Source: an uncultured delta proteobacterium
GTDB lineage: Bacteria > Desulfobacterota > Binatia > UBA9968
NCBI GenBank assembly: GCA_963804165.1
Contig: CAWDPO010000040.1
Span: forward strand, 96,001-160,000
Length of the DNA stretch: 64,000 bases
Direction of reading: 5' to 3'
Part shown: positions 61,765 to 64,000 of the stretch, in pieces
How the letters are laid out: every line of letters begins with the position of its first letter
How positions within the stretch are numbered: position 1 is the stretch's first letter
Translations under genes and position numbers: made by a program
The notes under the pieces: generated by a model
Told to the model about the DNA's origin: nothing
The model's database searches: none
The model's input: only the letters and a program-made list of their open reading frames with translations

Positions 61765-61779
61765 GCAATGGATATGCCA
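61765..61779 (-). promoter_or_regulatory. sigma54 promoter (TGGCATATCCATTGC)
   Basis: Consensus on the minus strand upstream of the 61476/DAGK operon. Confidence 0.72.
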
Positions 61780-61946
61780 GTGCAAACCCCTTAAAAGTAA
61801 AGGCGGTTGTAGGTGAGAGTATGCGGAAACCGGACAAGCTGAAGGAAATCAACTTATGCGGAGGAATTTATCGTTCAAGTGAGTTTGCAACGACCCAGGT
61901 ATGGCGGGAAGCCAGCGATGACTCTTGCCCGCGAGCTTTTTTGTTG

Positions 61947-64000
61947 TCACGCCGTCTCGGCAGCGAACTTGGTGGGGAGATAAATCGTAAACGTCGTGCC
62001 TTTTCCCGGCTGGCTTTTAACCTCGATGCGCCCGCCGTGGTTCTTGACGATACGCTCGCAGATCGGCAGTCCTAAGCCCAGACCGGTTACTTTCCTCGCT
62101 GTATAAAACGGCTGAAAAATTTTCGGCAGGTCTTTCTCATCGATGCCTAAACCCGTGTCAGCGACGGTGATCACGACATTCTGGTTCGCCTCGATATCTT
62201 GGAGCGTGGCGCCGATTGTGAGTGTGCCGCCGCCAGGCATGGCGTCCAGCGCATTCAGATATAGATTGATCAGCACCTGTTCGAGCTGCTGCGCATCGCC
62301 ATGAATGTTGGGCAGGTGGTCGGCTGGTATTTGCCGCACCGCTTCCACTTTTTGTCTATGCAGACGACTGTTGATCATCTGCAGGCTCGTCTCGATGAGC
62401 GATGCGACATTGACCGCCTGAGGATGGGTCTCGCCCGGTCGGCTGTATTGCATCAGGCTTTGAATTAGCTTTTGACAGCGCTTGGTTTCGTCATCGATGA
62501 TCGTCAATGCCTGATGGCGTGGGTCCGAGGGATCGGTCTCGCTCAATAGATCTTCGGCAAACCCCATAATGATGCCGAGGGGATTATTAAATTCATGCGC
62601 CATCGAAGCAGTGATCTCACCGAGCGCCACCAGCCGGCCGGAGGCGATCAGTTGCTGTTCCAGCGCGCGGTTGTGTTGCCGTAGCTGCTCTTCGCTGGCG
62701 ATCAGTTCCTGCATCCGCCTGCGTTCGGTGATGTCGTCGATGGCCAGCAAGATCAGTTGATTTTGGCCGCTTTCCCGCTCGATGCGTCTGGCGTTGAGCA
62801 GCATCCTGCGCTGGCCGATGGTGGGAAATTCGTGCTCGATTTCGAAATCACTGAACCCCAGGTTCTTGGCTATGATCTGCTCGAGCAATCCGCGCAGCTT
62901 CGGGATGTTCCATTGGCCGTTGCCGAGCTCGAAGATGGAGCGGTTTTGCGTATCCGCCGGATTTGCCTGAAACGCTTGGTAAAAAGTCCGATTGGCCGAG
63001 ACTACGCGCAGGTCCTTGTCGAGGACCAGGAGCGGTTCGCGCACGGTCTCGACGATCCCTTCGGCGAAATTGCGCGCTTCCCGCATGGCGATTTCCGATT
63101 GTTTCAGCGGGCTGACGTCGTTGAAGGTCAAAACCACGCCATCGATTTTGTTGTCCGTCGTGCGATACGGCAGGCAGGTCATGGTGAACCAGCGGCCGTC
63201 GGATGCGCGCACTTCCTTCCTTAATACGGCAAGACTCCGGAGCACGTGTTTGGCATCCGCGACGAGGTCTACTCCGGCAAAGTGATGGGTCATGTTGTCA
63301 ATCGGCCGGCCCACGTCCGAAGCGATCAGGCTCATGAGGCTCGTTGCCGATGGGGTGAAGCGCTTGATGCGAAACTCGCTGTCGAGAAATATCGTCGCCA
63401 CTTCCGAAGAATTCAAAAAATTCACCAGGTCGTTATTGACTGCGGTGAGCTCTTCGACCTTCAGATTGAGCTGGCTGTTGACGGTGTTCAGTTCCTCGTT
63501 GACCGCCTGGATCTCTTCCTTGGAGGTCTCCAACTCCTCGTTGGTCGACTGCAGCTCTTCGTTGATCGAGAGAATCTCTTCGTTGGCAGCCTTGAGCTCT
63601 TCGGCCGAGGTTTCGTATTCGTCGATGGTGATCTGAAATTCGCTCTTTAAGGACTTCAATTCGGCTTCGAGTTGAGCCACCAGGGACTCATCTTCGCCAT
63701 GCTGGGTAACGCTATCGCGGCTCGGCAGCGCGCGCGGCTCTTCGCGCACATCCTCGAAGATCACCGCGTAGATCCGGTCGCCCTGTAAACGGCCGATCAC
63801 CGGCCGGATCGTGATGTTGACGGACAAGGTCGAGGCGCCGCGCTTGAGCGGGATGCGCTCCAACGTGACCGGTTCGTTATCGCTGACGATCTTGCGCAGA
63901 GCGACACGGAACTTCGCCGAAAGCATGTTTTCGAACATGTCGAGCAGATTGAGATTGGCATCGCCCGTCGGATGTTCGAGATACTTGCCGGTGGAACCGA
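61947..64000 (-). CDS. CheB/CheR-fusion-type PAS sensor histidine kinase (5' part outside window)
   Basis: NEE-repeat coiled coil (SINEELQSTNEELETSKEEIQAVNEELNTVN), PAS domains, H-box AHEFNNPL, N/G boxes (NLYLNALDA, DTGLGI, GLGLGL). Confidence 0.9.
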   Translation of the reverse strand, partial: GSTGKYLEHPTGDANLNLLDMFENMLSAKFRVALRKIVSDNEPVTLERIPLKRGASTLSVNITIRPVIGRLQGDRIYAVIFEDVREEPRALPSRDSVTQHGEDESLVAQLEAELKSLKSEFQITIDEYETSAEELKAANEEILSINEELQSTNEELETSKEEIQAVNEELNTVNSQLNLKVEELTAVNNDLVNFLNSSEVATIFLDSEFRIKRFTPSATSLMSLIASDVGRPIDNMTHHFAGVDLVADAKHVLRSLAVLRKEVRASDGRWFTMTCLPYRTTDNKIDGVVLTFNDVSPLKQSEIAMREARNFAEGIVETVREPLLVLDKDLRVVSANRTFYQAFQANPADTQNRSIFELGNGQWNIPKLRGLLEQIIAKNLGFSDFEIEHEFPTIGQRRMLLNARRIERESGQNQLILLAIDDITERRRMQELIASEEQLRQHNRALEQQLIASGRLVALGEITASMAHEFNNPLGIIMGFAEDLLSETDPSDPRHQALTIIDDETKRCQKLIQSLMQYSRPGETHPQAVNVASLIETSLQMINSRLHRQKVEAVRQIPADHLPNIHGDAQQLEQVLINLYLNALDAMPGGGTLTIGATLQDIEANQNVVITVADTGLGIDEKDLPKIFQPFYTARKVTGLGLGLPICERIVKNHGGRIEVKSQPGKGTTFTIYLPTKFAAETA

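Noticed and set aside
63440-63610. Periodic CTCGTT/CTTC sequence
   Set aside because: Encodes the NEE heptad coiled coil of the kinase.
1-64000. Integrase, transposase, tRNA or prophage boundaries for the island
   Set aside because: None recognised; topo IB is a tyrosine-recombinase relative but carries canonical topoisomerase motifs.

Overview
Bacterial chromosomal DNA of roughly mid-50s % GC. Several lineage-type hypothetical families and an ABC substrate-binding-protein remnant suggest a soil delta-proteobacterial-type organism such as Candidatus Binatia; this is inference only. Bases 1-9345 (minus strand) hold a multimodular NRPS (A-T-C-A-T-C-A-T-C..., running off the left edge). It is split by at least four single-base frameshifts and contains a near-identical ~0.8 kb internal duplication. 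The remaining ~54 kb is a general-stress/desiccation-type island. It encodes DUF2071, two BON proteins, three CBS-pair + YflT-like fusion paralogs, an entericidin, topoisomerase IB, a PG-binding protein, DUF4112, a GH13 glucosidase, treZ, two glycine-rich general stress membrane proteins, hemerythrin, YihY, an AI-2E permease and a 2950-aa cyclic beta-1,2-glucan synthase. It also encodes KatE, DUF6766, a ferritin-like protein, a metallothionein, a Gfo/Idh/MocA oxidoreductase, CHAD, a DAG kinase, orphan receivers and a CheB/CheR-type PAS histidine kinase that runs off the right edge. The strongest hidden signal is about 11 sigma54 (-24/-12) promoter motifs, seven of them perfect consensus, in front of the stress operons, including a duplicated ~92-bp promoter cassette and a recurrent upstream motif. 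Other hidden signals are several microproteins missing from the ORF track, three uncharacterised paralog families, a frameshifted HEPN-like/Zn-ribbon candidate defence gene and a 66-nt purine-rich insertion at the topoisomerase IB active site. No rRNA, tRNA, CRISPR array or transposase was recognised. Scattered single-base indels suggest some read or assembly error.
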